Positions 11,771 to 21,271 of a stretch of DNA of 45,677 bases are shown here, piece after piece. The stretch is taken from assembly GCA_946411985.1 (NCBI GenBank), contig CAMKFY010000001.1, forward strand, positions 1 through 45,677, read 5' to 3'. The stretch is from an uncultured Clostridiaceae bacterium. Its GTDB lineage: Bacteria; Bacillota; Clostridia; Oscillospirales; Ruminococcaceae. How positions within the stretch are numbered: position 1 is the stretch's first letter; each line of letters starts with the position of its first letter. Below the pieces are notes generated by a model. The model searched no databases and had not been told where the DNA came from. It was given only the letters and a program-made list of their open reading frames with translations. The position numbers and the translations under genes are program-made.

Positions 11771-11799
11771 ATAATATCAACCGGCGATAGTGTTGTCAA
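11771..11799 (-). promoter_or_regulatory. SigA-type promoter P2 upstream of the distal CIRCE
   Basis: On the minus strand: TTGACA (11799-11794), 17-nt spacer, TATTAT (11776-11771). Confidence 0.6.
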
Positions 11800-11806
11800 G
11801 GAATTT

Positions 11807-12793
11807 TTAAAATTTAAGCCAAGGCAAACTGTTCTCGTCTACTATATATATAACATCCAAACCATGCATATAAACATAGTAATATTTTAAAATATTTAAA
11901 TCATTAGAATTTTCTTTATAACCTGGAATCTGCTCCGCCCTAGCCACATTGCCAATATCAATAACATAATTTTTATAATCTACAACATACTCAATTGAAG
12001 CTAACGGCTCATTTAAGCCACAACTTTTAAAATTCTCCTCTGAAGGCTTAACACAAAACACGCCATCTGCCACTAAAAGTGCAGGAGCATTTTCCACGCT
12101 CTTTTTAATGTCTTCTGTAACTTTAAAATCTCCACCTCCTACATATAAAACGCTGCCTTTATCATCTACTTCAAACTTTAAAGGCTCTTTTAAACTTTTT
12201 CTATGTACAACACAGCTTTTAACCCCGTCACCATTACACAACCCATCATCACCAAAAGTTTTACTATATGTGGAAAACAATTTCTTGTCTACATAACTAA
12301 GTTTACTATTTAAAATAGGCTCCACATCTTTAAACTTTACAACAGCAAGCTCGTTTGCGCCCTCTTTTTTGCAATAATAACTGCTGCCATCTGCAGTTTT
12401 TTTATATATATTTAAAATATGTTTATTATCATTCAAATCGCGCACTGTAAAAGAAAATGTTAAACCTCCATAGGCATCTGGCGCTTCTTTTGGCGTAAAA
12501 ACATGCTCTGCTGGCACATTTTTCATAAAATTAAAAACAATACCACACAAATTAAAATCTAACGGCACGCCTTTTAAACCACTAATTTCAAATTTTTCAT
12601 CTTCTGCACGCAATATTGAAAAAGGCTCTTCCCCAACCTTTAACACCTCTATAGATTTTATTGGAGCATTAACCTCAAAATAAAAATTAATATTTTTACG
12701 CTTATTTGGCAGCAAACTAACAAAAAAATATACTATAACCAAAATTATTAAAATAATAAAAAATATAAAAATTAATCTCTTTAACTTTTTCAA
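11807..12793 (-). CDS. DUF4340-like membrane-anchored protein (accessory to the GldG-like ABC system)
   Basis: Single N-terminal TM (LIFIFFIILIILVIVYFFVSLL) followed by a soluble beta-rich domain. Its position directly after a GldG-like gene is the usual DUF4340 context. No motif-level proof. Confidence 0.5.
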   Translation of the reverse strand: MKKLKRLIFIFFIILIILVIVYFFVSLLPNKRKNINFYFEVNAPIKSIEVLKVGEEPFSILRAEDEKFEISGLKGVPLDFNLCGIVFNFMKNVPAEHVFTPKEAPDAYGGLTFSFTVRDLNDNKHILNIYKKTADGSSYYCKKEGANELAVVKFKDVEPILNSKLSYVDKKLFSTYSKTFGDDGLCNGDGVKSCVVHRKSLKEPLKFEVDDKGSVLYVGGGDFKVTEDIKKSVENAPALLVADGVFCVKPSEENFKSCGLNEPLASIEYVVDYKNYVIDIGNVARAEQIPGYKENSNDLNILKYYYVYMHGLDVIYIVDENSLPWLKF

Positions 12794-12799
12794 AACAGC

Positions 12800-14242
12800 C
12801 TATCTTCTCTTTCTTTTGAAATAAACCAACACACCTAAAAAAACAACAAACAAAGGCAATATAAATATAAAAATAACACCTATAAACCTCGCCGTAGAAG
12901 CACTAATAACTAACGGTGGATTTTCCATAGATTTTGGCAATATTTTAACCTTGCTCTTATTATTTGCAGTTTCCCCCAACACGCTTAATACAAATTCACC
13001 ATTGCCATACTGCGGTATCTGTATTGTATCTAATATATATAAACTAGAAAACACAGTTATTTTAGCAATGCTGTCTTCTCCTAAACTTTTGCTAACTCCA
13101 ACAGCTATGGGGTATGACGCCTTACTAGCATTATTTAAATCTAGATTTGTGCCATCTTTATATATGCTACAACTGCCACTAGTTTCGCAAATGCTAACAG
13201 AATTAATAGCGTCATCTACATCTTTCAATTTTATTGGCCTGCAATCGTTAAACAATATAGGCAGCTTCCTATCAGACATGTTCTCAGTATATTTATTAGA
13301 TTTATCAGCATAAACAAAAATACCGTTTGGAATGCCTTGTATCATATTTTCAACATCTGTTTCCACAACAACGCCTTCTTCAAAAGCTATACCAAATTTT
13401 TCAAAAAAAGATTCTAAATTAGGAAGCTTTGGTTGCATAGCGTTAGAAAAATACACAAGCCTCCCCCCTCTGCCTATAAAACTTTCCAACGCCTTAATTT
13501 CATCATCTTTAAAATCTATTTTTGGAGCGCATATAAAAATAAGCCCTAAATCTTGCGGTATCTGCTTTGTTATCAAATTTAAACTTGTTAACTCATAACC
13601 ATTCTCACCAAAAATTCTCTCCACCGCCATTAAATCTTCCAACTCGTCATGGCCAGAAAGCACACAACACTTAACCCTATTCTCACCAGATAAAAATTCT
13701 AAAGCGTGCGCTATACTGCCCTCCACATTAGAGCAAACTCCAACATCTCCACCGCCTACAGTGAACAATTTTTCCATTGGTATGTATTGCGCATTGCCCT
13801 CATCATTTAAAATTAAAACACCATTCTCCATTAAATTAAAATCGGGATATTTAGACAGAAAACTAGGTTGCTCCTTTAAGTTAACATACTCCAAACTAAT
13901 GTTATTGCTACACGCAACAATATTCTTTACTATATTATATAAATGCAAACCAGGGCCTTGCTTTTTTAAAGAATCTTCGTCGTTTAGAAGCACTATTTTA
14001 GCGTTCTTATTATAACCTTTAAGAAATTTTTTAGTTTGATCTGAAATTTTATAAATACTGTTAAAAGATAAATCTAGCTTTAAATCATACCTATCTACAA
14101 CTTTAGAAACTATAACGTTAAAAATAAAAACTATAACTAAAAAAATAAGCGCAAAAATCGTTATTAAACTATTACACTTAAACTTTCTATTTAAAAAAAA
14201 ACTTTTTAAATTCCCTGCAAATACCCTATCCATTTTCTTCAT
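12800..14242 (-). CDS. GldG-like ABC-transporter auxiliary component (ABC_transp_aux family)
   Basis: 480 aa with N- and C-terminal TM anchors and a GHxE-type motif (VLSGHDELED). Follows the ABC-2 permease and ATPase genes. Confidence 0.65.
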   Translation of the reverse strand: MKKMDRVFAGNLKSFFLNRKFKCNSLITIFALIFLVIVFIFNVIVSKVVDRYDLKLDLSFNSIYKISDQTKKFLKGYNKNAKIVLLNDEDSLKKQGPGLHLYNIVKNIVACSNNISLEYVNLKEQPSFLSKYPDFNLMENGVLILNDEGNAQYIPMEKLFTVGGGDVGVCSNVEGSIAHALEFLSGENRVKCCVLSGHDELEDLMAVERIFGENGYELTSLNLITKQIPQDLGLIFICAPKIDFKDDEIKALESFIGRGGRLVYFSNAMQPKLPNLESFFEKFGIAFEEGVVVETDVENMIQGIPNGIFVYADKSNKYTENMSDRKLPILFNDCRPIKLKDVDDAINSVSICETSGSCSIYKDGTNLDLNNASKASYPIAVGVSKSLGEDSIAKITVFSSLYILDTIQIPQYGNGEFVLSVLGETANNKSKVKILPKSMENPPLVISASTARFIGVIFIFILPLFVVFLGVLVYFKRKRR

Positions 14243-14345
14243 ATTTAACCCAACTCCAGCTCACATCTAATATTATTGCAAATATTAAGCATAACCCACC
14301 AATATATTTAGCACACAAACTGCAAAAACACCTATAAAAAATTAA

Positions 14346-15065
14346 TTAACTCCAACGCCTTTTTAAAAGTATTGCAAACACTAGAAATATAAACACAACT
14401 GTTAAACTAATAAAATATAATATATCTGGTATATTTAATATGCCGCCCACCAAATTACAAAAACGAGGCATTATAGCAAGCCCATTAAATAAGCTTTTAA
14501 TACTTTTAAGTGGAATATAGCTAGAAAATGAATTTATAACAATAAAAAATAGAAACAAACCAAAACTTGAAAACGCAGAAACAACCTGACTTTTAGTTAA
14601 TGCAGATACAAAAATCCCCATAGATATTAACGCACAACCAATTAACAATACACCAAAAACGCAACCCACCAAAAGATTAACAGAAATAGGCGCAAACAAA
14701 GACACAACAAAAACATAAACAAAAGATATAGATATTGTAACCAAATACATTATAAAAGCAGACAAAAACTTACCCAAAACTACAGAAAACACACTAACTG
14801 GAGAAGAAAAAAGCAATTTATCTGTGTTTAACTTATACTCCTCACTAAAAGCACCCATAGTAAGCATGGGAACAACAACAATTAAAGGAACTACAATTAA
14901 ATTAAAAATATAACCTATATCTGATACTCCAATAGCTATAACGTTAGCAAAAAACAAATAACCAGCAAAAGCATAAAATATACTCAAAATAATATACCCA
15001 GTAGGGCATAAAAAATAACTCTTAAACTCTTTTTTTAAAATGGCTCCCATACAAATTTCACCCAC
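14346..15065 (-). CDS. ABC-2 family permease (GldF-like)
   Basis: About six hydrophobic TM segments. Adjacent to the ATPase. Confidence 0.75.
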   Translation of the reverse strand: MGEICMGAILKKEFKSYFLCPTGYIILSIFYAFAGYLFFANVIAIGVSDIGYIFNLIVVPLIVVVPMLTMGAFSEEYKLNTDKLLFSSPVSVFSVVLGKFLSAFIMYLVTISISFVYVFVVSLFAPISVNLLVGCVFGVLLIGCALISMGIFVSALTKSQVVSAFSSFGLFLFFIVINSFSSYIPLKSIKSLFNGLAIMPRFCNLVGGILNIPDILYFISLTVVFIFLVFAILLKRRWS

Positions 15066-15082
15066 ACAAAAACAAAATATAT

Positions 15083-16072
15083 TTAATGTCTATTTTCTAT
15101 TAAATTTATAAACACCTGCTCTAACGTGTTGCCACTGCTTAAAAACTTTAAAATTGGAATTCTATTCTGCATAAGAACATTAGATATTTTAAAATCTACA
15201 TCATCAAATTCATAACGAAGCACTATTTTAAACTCTATCACATTTTGTGCCACAAATTCAACATCTTCTATAACTAAGTCATCAGAAAAACCTCTAAAAA
15301 TTTTAAATATAGTGTCTTTATCAGAACAATAAACTCTTAAAAAATAAACCTCTGCCTTATTGCTTTTTAAAATATTTTTCTCAGTATCATCTGCAACTAT
15401 AACTCCCCTACTCATTATTATAATTCTGCTACAAATGGCCTGTATTTCCGATAAAATATGTGTAGACAATATAACAGTATGGCTCTTAGACAAAGCCTTT
15501 ATAAGATTCCGCACCTGCACTATCTGAGCTGGGTCTAGCCCTGAAGTTGGCTCATCTAATATTAAAACTTTAGGAGAACCAAGCAACGCCTGAGCTAAGC
15601 CCACTCTTTGCTTATAGCCTTTCGAAAGAGAAGATATTAACCTTTTTTGATTATCCGCTAAATTACATAAAACAAACACCTTATCTATTTCTTCTTTATA
15701 TTTTTTAATGCCTTTTAAACCACAAACAAACTTTAAATATTCAAAAACTGTCATGTTATAATAAAGTGGTGGGTTTTCTGGCAGATAACCAATACTCTTC
15801 TTAAATTTTAAAGGTTCGTTAAAAATGTCACAACCTAAAATTTTAACACTCCCACCACTATAAGAAATGCAACCCGTTAATATATTCATTACTGTGGTTT
15901 TACCAGCACCATTTGGCCCTAAAAAGCCTATTATATCACCAGCTCTAACCTTAAAAGACACATCTTTAACTGCACAAAAATTATTATAGTTCTTACACAA
16001 CTTTTCAACAGAAATTATAACATCTCCCAAGCCTTTTGAAATACCCCGCATGCTAAAAAACAAATCCTCCAT
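15083..16072 (-). CDS. ABC transporter ATP-binding protein (GldA-like, with C-terminal extension)
   Basis: Walker A GPNGAGKTT, signature LSKGYKQRV, Walker B LILDEPTSGLD. Confidence 0.9.
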   Translation of the reverse strand: MEDLFFSMRGISKGLGDVIISVEKLCKNYNNFCAVKDVSFKVRAGDIIGFLGPNGAGKTTVMNILTGCISYSGGSVKILGCDIFNEPLKFKKSIGYLPENPPLYYNMTVFEYLKFVCGLKGIKKYKEEIDKVFVLCNLADNQKRLISSLSKGYKQRVGLAQALLGSPKVLILDEPTSGLDPAQIVQVRNLIKALSKSHTVILSTHILSEIQAICSRIIIMSRGVIVADDTEKNILKSNKAEVYFLRVYCSDKDTIFKIFRGFSDDLVIEDVEFVAQNVIEFKIVLRYEFDDVDFKISNVLMQNRIPILKFLSSGNTLEQVFINLIENRH

Positions 16073-16171
16073 TATTGCACAAATTACAAATTAACACAGT
16101 CTAAACCTAAATTATACACTAAAAAATATATCGCCACAGCAAAGCCAGGCCACATAAAAATATGTATTACA

Positions 16172-17404
16172 CTAATTTAACAAATAGAACAAAAGACCTT
16201 CAACCGGTTTTGGAAAAAAAGAAAAACTTTTAGTAGGAAGCTTCCTGCCACCTTTTATTAGCTCAAAAAATTCACTACTCCTCAACCCATTTAAAAAAAT
16301 AGCAAAACACGCATCACCGCTATCTACTGCTAAAGAAGCCACAGAATCTACGCAAGAATAACCCAAACAACTTGGGCTAATATTTAACATATTTTTTAAA
16401 ATAATTTCGTTTAAAACAACAACATCTAACTGCTCATAATTAGTATATTCTTCAAAAAAATTTTTAACTAACCCTTCATCTTTTAACGAAAGCGCGCTAT
16501 ACCCATCATCTGCATAAAAACCAAAAGCAGTTTTGTTATCCCTTTTAAAGTTAAACATAACATTTCTCATAGAATCTAAAGTTTTGCAACCCTTAACGTC
16601 AAAATATTTTGAAACACTATTTAACATTTTCTCGCTATCAAACATATCTATACCGCTAACTAGCCTATGAATAGGAAGAGCGGTAAAGTTAAAATCACTC
16701 TTTGGAAACAAAAAAGCCATAACATAATTGGAAGAGTCTTCGCCAGCGCCGCCCACAAGCTCCCTATATTTAGCAGCAGCTCTATATTTTTCAGTTCCGC
16801 AAACTAAAAAATATTTTTTATTTTTGAAATAATTTTTGAAAATATCCACAGCTTTTGGCTCAAAAACCTTCCAAATTTTGTGAAGCACATTGTTCTGCTT
16901 AGCTTTAAACAAATAACTAGAAGTCATTGTTGCCTTAATTATATTTAAAAACTTCAAATCTTCATCTTCTTCATATAAAGCACAGATAGGTGAAGAATAA
17001 AAACCAGAATTCTTTAGAAACTCAAACTGTTCTTCTATTTCCCCATCCAAGCAATCTTCACAAAAAGTTAAGTAATCTTCATCTGAATCTAGCAATTTTA
17101 AAGCGCCAACAACGCCAGTTAAGACATAGTTAAAACCCGATATTTTATAAGACATTTCATATATGTAAAACGAAGGAACTTTAGAGGCAACAACAACGCT
17201 CCCACCCAACCAATTTTTAAACATATCTTTAGTGCTAACACCAACTTTAATATTGAAAATGTTATTCTCGTTTTTAGAATAAATAAAGGAAGCATCTTCA
17301 TAAAAAAGCTCAAAATTATATGGGCAAACAAGCCTAGAAAAATTGTTAGACTTTTCAAATCTATTAAAATAATTATACCCTAAAAACGGTTTAAAAATAT
17401 CCAC
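16172..17404 (-). CDS. DUF1015-family protein (function unknown)
   Basis: 410 aa. The N-terminus MDIFKPFLGYNY...LVCPYNFELF resembles the DUF1015 pattern I.PF.a.RY...PPYDVI. Recognised by eye only. Confidence 0.5.
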   Translation of the reverse strand: MDIFKPFLGYNYFNRFEKSNNFSRLVCPYNFELFYEDASFIYSKNENNIFNIKVGVSTKDMFKNWLGGSVVVASKVPSFYIYEMSYKISGFNYVLTGVVGALKLLDSDEDYLTFCEDCLDGEIEEQFEFLKNSGFYSSPICALYEEDEDLKFLNIIKATMTSSYLFKAKQNNVLHKIWKVFEPKAVDIFKNYFKNKKYFLVCGTEKYRAAAKYRELVGGAGEDSSNYVMAFLFPKSDFNFTALPIHRLVSGIDMFDSEKMLNSVSKYFDVKGCKTLDSMRNVMFNFKRDNKTAFGFYADDGYSALSLKDEGLVKNFFEEYTNYEQLDVVVLNEIILKNMLNISPSCLGYSCVDSVASLAVDSGDACFAIFLNGLRSSEFFELIKGGRKLPTKSFSFFPKPVEGLLFYLLN

Positions 17405-17631
17405 TATTCAAAATCCTCCAAATTGACCGAAAATAGAAAACAACGGCTTCATTGTATCATATTTTTCCAACATTGTAAAGTTTAAATATTAAAAATTGTT
17501 AACGCAAAATATGTTAAAAATTATAATTAAAATTAATCTCCTTACAAAATATAATAGCAAATAATAACATTGCATAAATTTTCTAAGATTTATTACTCTC
17601 ACGCTTATATTAAAAAATAAACACAGCTATA

Positions 17632-17640
17632 TGTTATAAT
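17632..17640 (+). promoter_or_regulatory. Candidate extended -10 element upstream of ispE
   Basis: TGTTATAAT (TGnTATAAT) about 100 nt upstream of ATG 17744. No good -35. Confidence 0.3.
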
Positions 17641-17743
17641 ATTTAATATTTGCATTAACTAACATCTACACAATCAAACAAATTTGCAAAAACTTTAAAA
17701 ATTAATTATAAAACAATAAAATTATAAGTTAAGGAACAACAGT

Positions 17744-18616
17744 ATGTTAAAATTAAAATCTTTTGCAAAAATAAACCTTTGCTTAGCGTTAAAAGAAAAA
17801 AGAAAAGATGGCTACCACAACATAGAAAGCATAATGCAAACCATATCTCTACACGATAAAATAAAACTGAAAAAGCATAAAAAAACGCTATGCAAATTAA
17901 AAAAAGCAAGATTTGAAAAAATACCCACAAACGAAAAAAACCTCGCAATTAAGGCAGCAAATTTATTCTTTAGCTTTTTAAATTTAAAATGTGGAGTAAA
18001 AATAATAATAACAAAAAAAATACCAACGCAAGCAGGGCTAGGAGGAGCAAGTTCAAACGCTGCTGCAGTTATTTGCGGCTTAAATATATTATATAAAACA
18101 AATTTAAGTTATAACACTCTTTTATATTTAGCTAAAAAAATAGGAGCAGATGTGCCATTTTTTATAAAGGGCGGCACTGCTATAGCAAAGGGCATAGGCG
18201 AAAAAATAAATAACATAACCCCAATTAAAAAATGCTACATAGTTGTGGTAAAGCCAAATTTTAGTATATCTACAAAAGAAGCATATAACACATATAGCCA
18301 AATGAAGCCTTTTGAAAATAACGAAATAAAAAATTTAGTAAGCAAAATAGAAGGTAATGAAAATTTTGAAGAAATTGCAAAATATATGTTTAATAATTTT
18401 GAACAGGTTTTAAACATTAAAGACATATTTAAAATAAAAGACAAAATGCTAAGCTTCGGGGCTAAAACTAGCATGCTCACCGGCTCTGGCTCCTGTGTTT
18501 TTGCAATATTTTCTAAAAAAAAGGAAGCAAAATTGGCTAATATTTTTTTTAAAAACCAAAACTTAAAAAGCTTTCTTTGCAAACCAATAAAAAAATATTT
18601 TAAAAATATTGAATAA
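17744..18616 (+). CDS. ispE: 4-diphosphocytidyl-2-C-methyl-D-erythritol kinase
   Basis: N-terminus AKINLCLALKEKRKDGYHNIESIMQTISLHD and GHMP-kinase motif PTQAGLGGASSNAAAV. Confidence 0.9.
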   Translation: MLKLKSFAKINLCLALKEKRKDGYHNIESIMQTISLHDKIKLKKHKKTLCKLKKARFEKIPTNEKNLAIKAANLFFSFLNLKCGVKIIITKKIPTQAGLGGASSNAAAVICGLNILYKTNLSYNTLLYLAKKIGADVPFFIKGGTAIAKGIGEKINNITPIKKCYIVVVKPNFSISTKEAYNTYSQMKPFENNEIKNLVSKIEGNENFEEIAKYMFNNFEQVLNIKDIFKIKDKMLSFGAKTSMLTGSGSCVFAIFSKKKEAKLANIFFKNQNLKSFLCKPIKKYFKNIE

Positions 18617-18642
18617 TTTAAAAAAAGCTGCCCATTATCCCT

Positions 18643-19305
18643 TTGAAAGAATATTTAATTATAAAGGCGGTGCAGCATATGGAAACTTTAAAGTATGGTA
18701 GAACAAAATTTAATATGTTAAGCAATAAAGAAATATCCACGCTTTTTGGAATAATACTCGCTATAGTTATATGCTTTCTTGGTTGCTTTAACAAAAGTGA
18801 AGATATATCTAAAAATGTTCTGCGACTACATATAATAGCCAACTCAAATAGAAAAGAAGACCAAGAGCTAAAACTTATTGTGCGAGATGCTATACTAAAA
18901 AATTTCAATTTTTCAAATTATGAAAAAAACTTAGAAGAATGCAAGAAACAGGTAGAAAAAGAAATACCAAATATAGAAAGTGTGGCAAAAAACGAAATAA
19001 AAAAACAAGGGCTAAACTACGACGTTAAAGCAGAGCTTAAAAATATATATTTTAACACAAGAGAATATAACGGTTTTTCTATGCCCGCAGGCTTTTATGA
19101 CGCGGTAACAATAAAACTAGGAACAGCTAAAGGGAAAAATTGGTGGTGCGTTTTTGTGCCGCCTCTGTGCCTAACTGTTGCAAACAGAAAGAAAGAAGAC
19201 GCATTTCAAACATTCAACTGCGAAGAAAAAGACCTAGTAAAAAAAGGATACAAAACAGAAGTACGGTTTGCTATTATAGAGTGCTTTAAAAATTTATTCT
19301 TCTAA
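18643..19305 (+). CDS. spoIIR: Stage II sporulation protein R
   Basis: Signal/TM segment, then LRLHIIANSNRKEDQELKLIVRDAIL and GKNWWCVFVPPLC, typical of SpoIIR. Start is uncertain (TTG 18643, ATG 18679 or 18715). Confidence 0.8.
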   Translation: MKEYLIIKAVQHMETLKYGRTKFNMLSNKEISTLFGIILAIVICFLGCFNKSEDISKNVLRLHIIANSNRKEDQELKLIVRDAILKNFNFSNYEKNLEECKKQVEKEIPNIESVAKNEIKKQGLNYDVKAELKNIYFNTREYNGFSMPAGFYDAVTIKLGTAKGKNWWCVFVPPLCLTVANRKKEDAFQTFNCEEKDLVKKGYKTEVRFAIIECFKNLFF

Positions 19306-20418
19306 TTTTTCCTTCGCTCTTTTTACTAAGTAAGCATTTATAAACCCATCCAAATCTCCATCCATAACCGCAATAATATTGCCACTTTCAAACTTTGTTC
19401 TATGGTCTTTAACTAATGTGTATGGCATAAAAACATAAGAGCGAACCTGTGAGCCCCAAGCAATATCTTTTTGTTCCCCTTTTATGTCTTCTATTTTCTC
19501 TAAATGTTGCCTTTCTTTTATTTCTACAAGCTTAGATTTTAATATTTTAAGAGCGGTGTTTCTATTTTGCATCTGGCTTCTCTCATTTTGACAAGCTACT
19601 ACTATGCCAGTAGGAATATGAGTTAACCTCACAGCAGACGAAGTTTTGTTTACATGTTGCCCACCAGCACCACTAGCCCTGAAAACATCCATTTTTATAT
19701 CATCTTCAGAAATTTCAACGTTTAAATCTTCGTCTATTTCAGGCAACACCTCCACAGAAGCAAATGACGTGTGCCGCCTACCAGAAGCATCAAAAGGAGA
19801 AATACGCACAAGCCTGTGAACCCCAACTTCTGAAGAAAGGTAGCCATAAGCGTTTTCACCCTCCACTAACATAGATATACTCTTTATGCCTGCCTCTTCC
19901 CCGTCCACCAAATTTAACACCTTAACTTTAAAGCCATGCCGTTGAGCCCACCTGTCATACATTCTGTAAAGCATCTGCACCCAATCCATTGCTTCTGTGC
20001 CACCTGCCCCTGCATGAAGCGTTAAAATAGCATTTTTAATGTCATACTCTCCATTTAAAAGCACAGATAAAGATTGATTTTTTATGTCATTTTGAAGTTC
20101 ACATAATAAAGCCTCTATTTCATCAAAAAAAGAATCATCGCCATCCTTTTCAACTACTTCAATAATATCTTTTAAATAAGCCAAATTTGAAGCCAAATTT
20201 TCAAATTTTTTGATTTTGTTTTTTAAATAGCTCATTTTTTGAGTTATTTTTTTTGCATTTTTAACATCATCCCAAAAATTTTCTCCTAACACCTCTTTTT
20301 CATATTCTAAAATCTGTTTTTTTAAAAAATCTAAGTTTAAAGAAGCTTTAAGCTTTTCCACCAATGGCGTTAGTTGTTGCAATTTTTCTTTGAAATATTC
20401 AAATTTTACTATATCCAT
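19294..20418 (-). CDS. prfB: Peptide chain release factor 2 (single uninterrupted frame)
   Basis: SPF tripeptide (RISPFDA) and GGQ (SGAGGQHVNKT). 374 aa, contiguous from the N-terminus. Confidence 0.93.
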   Translation of the reverse strand: MDIVKFEYFKEKLQQLTPLVEKLKASLNLDFLKKQILEYEKEVLGENFWDDVKNAKKITQKMSYLKNKIKKFENLASNLAYLKDIIEVVEKDGDDSFFDEIEALLCELQNDIKNQSLSVLLNGEYDIKNAILTLHAGAGGTEAMDWVQMLYRMYDRWAQRHGFKVKVLNLVDGEEAGIKSISMLVEGENAYGYLSSEVGVHRLVRISPFDASGRRHTSFASVEVLPEIDEDLNVEISEDDIKMDVFRASGAGGQHVNKTSSAVRLTHIPTGIVVACQNERSQMQNRNTALKILKSKLVEIKERQHLEKIEDIKGEQKDIAWGSQVRSYVFMPYTLVKDHRTKFESGNIIAVMDGDLDGFINAYLVKRAKEKLEE

Positions 20419-20514
20419 AAATTTTCAATTCCTTTAAAACAATTTTTAAATTATAAAACACAAAAACTAAAATTGCCTAAAAAACAAATACCCAACCCAA
20501 AACTCTACACATAC

Positions 20515-20544
20515 ATTATACAAGCTAAAAAACATAAAAATCAA
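20515..20544 (-). promoter_or_regulatory. Candidate prfB promoter
   Basis: On the minus strand: TTGATT (20544-20539), 18-nt spacer, TATAAT (20520-20515). Confidence 0.35.
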
Positions 20545-20619
20545 CTAAATAAAAAATATTTTACTTGCTAAAACATCAAAATGAAAATACATAAATGTAT
20601 AAAAATTAAAAATGTTTTA

Positions 20620-20648
20620 TTGATATTTATGTAAGAATATAGTACAAT
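20620..20648 (+). promoter_or_regulatory. Candidate SigA-type promoter of purE
   Basis: TTGATA (20620-20625), 17-nt spacer, TACAAT (20643-20648), about 60 nt upstream of ATG 20710. Confidence 0.55.
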
Positions 20649-20709
20649 GGCTAGGTAATTAATTTTTATTAAAATAATTTTTTTGTGGTGAAAAGAGGAA
20701 AAAGCAGAT

Positions 20710-21213
20710 ATGGAAGAAAAAAAAGTGGCTGTTGTTATGGGAAGTGATAGCGATTTGAAAATAGTTAAAGAAACAATAAAAACATTAAAAAATTTTGGAA
20801 TAAATACAGAAGTTTTTATAATGAGTGCACACAAATCTCCAGATATAACCGCAGAATTTGCCAAAAACGCCAAAGCTCGCAATTTTGCAGTTATAATTGC
20901 AGCTGCAGGGATGGCTGCACACTTAGCAGGCGTTATAGCATCTTACACCACCCTGCCTGTTATAGGTTTGCCAATAAACTGTAGCTTAAGCGGCGTTGAC
21001 GCACTTATTTCTACCGTGCAGATGCCGCCTAAGGTGCCTGTTTTAACTGTTGGAGTTGATGCTGCAGAAAACGCGGCAATAGCAGCGTGCCAAATTTTAG
21101 CTATACATAACAAACAATTGGAAAAGAAACTGGAAGAATTAAAAGAGGCTGTTAAAGAATCTGTGGTTGCGAAAAATGAAAACTTTAAATTAACAGATAG
21201 TTTGTTAATTTAG
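20710..21213 (+). CDS. purE: PurE (N5-CAIR mutase / AIR carboxylase family)
   Basis: VAVVMGSDSDL, AAAGMAAHLAGV and SGVDALISTVQMP motifs. 167 aa. Confidence 0.92.
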   Translation: MEEKKVAVVMGSDSDLKIVKETIKTLKNFGINTEVFIMSAHKSPDITAEFAKNAKARNFAVIIAAAGMAAHLAGVIASYTTLPVIGLPINCSLSGVDALISTVQMPPKVPVLTVGVDAAENAAIAACQILAIHNKQLEKKLEELKEAVKESVVAKNENFKLTDSLLI

Positions 21214-21271
21214 TAAGTTTGTGCATTCAAGTTGGAAAACCATTTGCAAACAAGTGCACAATAATAATTAA

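Noticed and set aside
18617-18680. Searched for a SigF-type forespore promoter upstream of spoIIR
   Set aside because: No convincing match to the -35/-10 pattern could be made by eye in this short AT-rich spacer.
20572-20709. Looked for a purine riboswitch or PurBox upstream of purE
   Set aside because: No sequence resembling the conserved purine-aptamer junction or loops was seen, and no AWWWCCGAACWWT box. Only a plausible promoter is present. A covariance-model scan would be needed to be certain.
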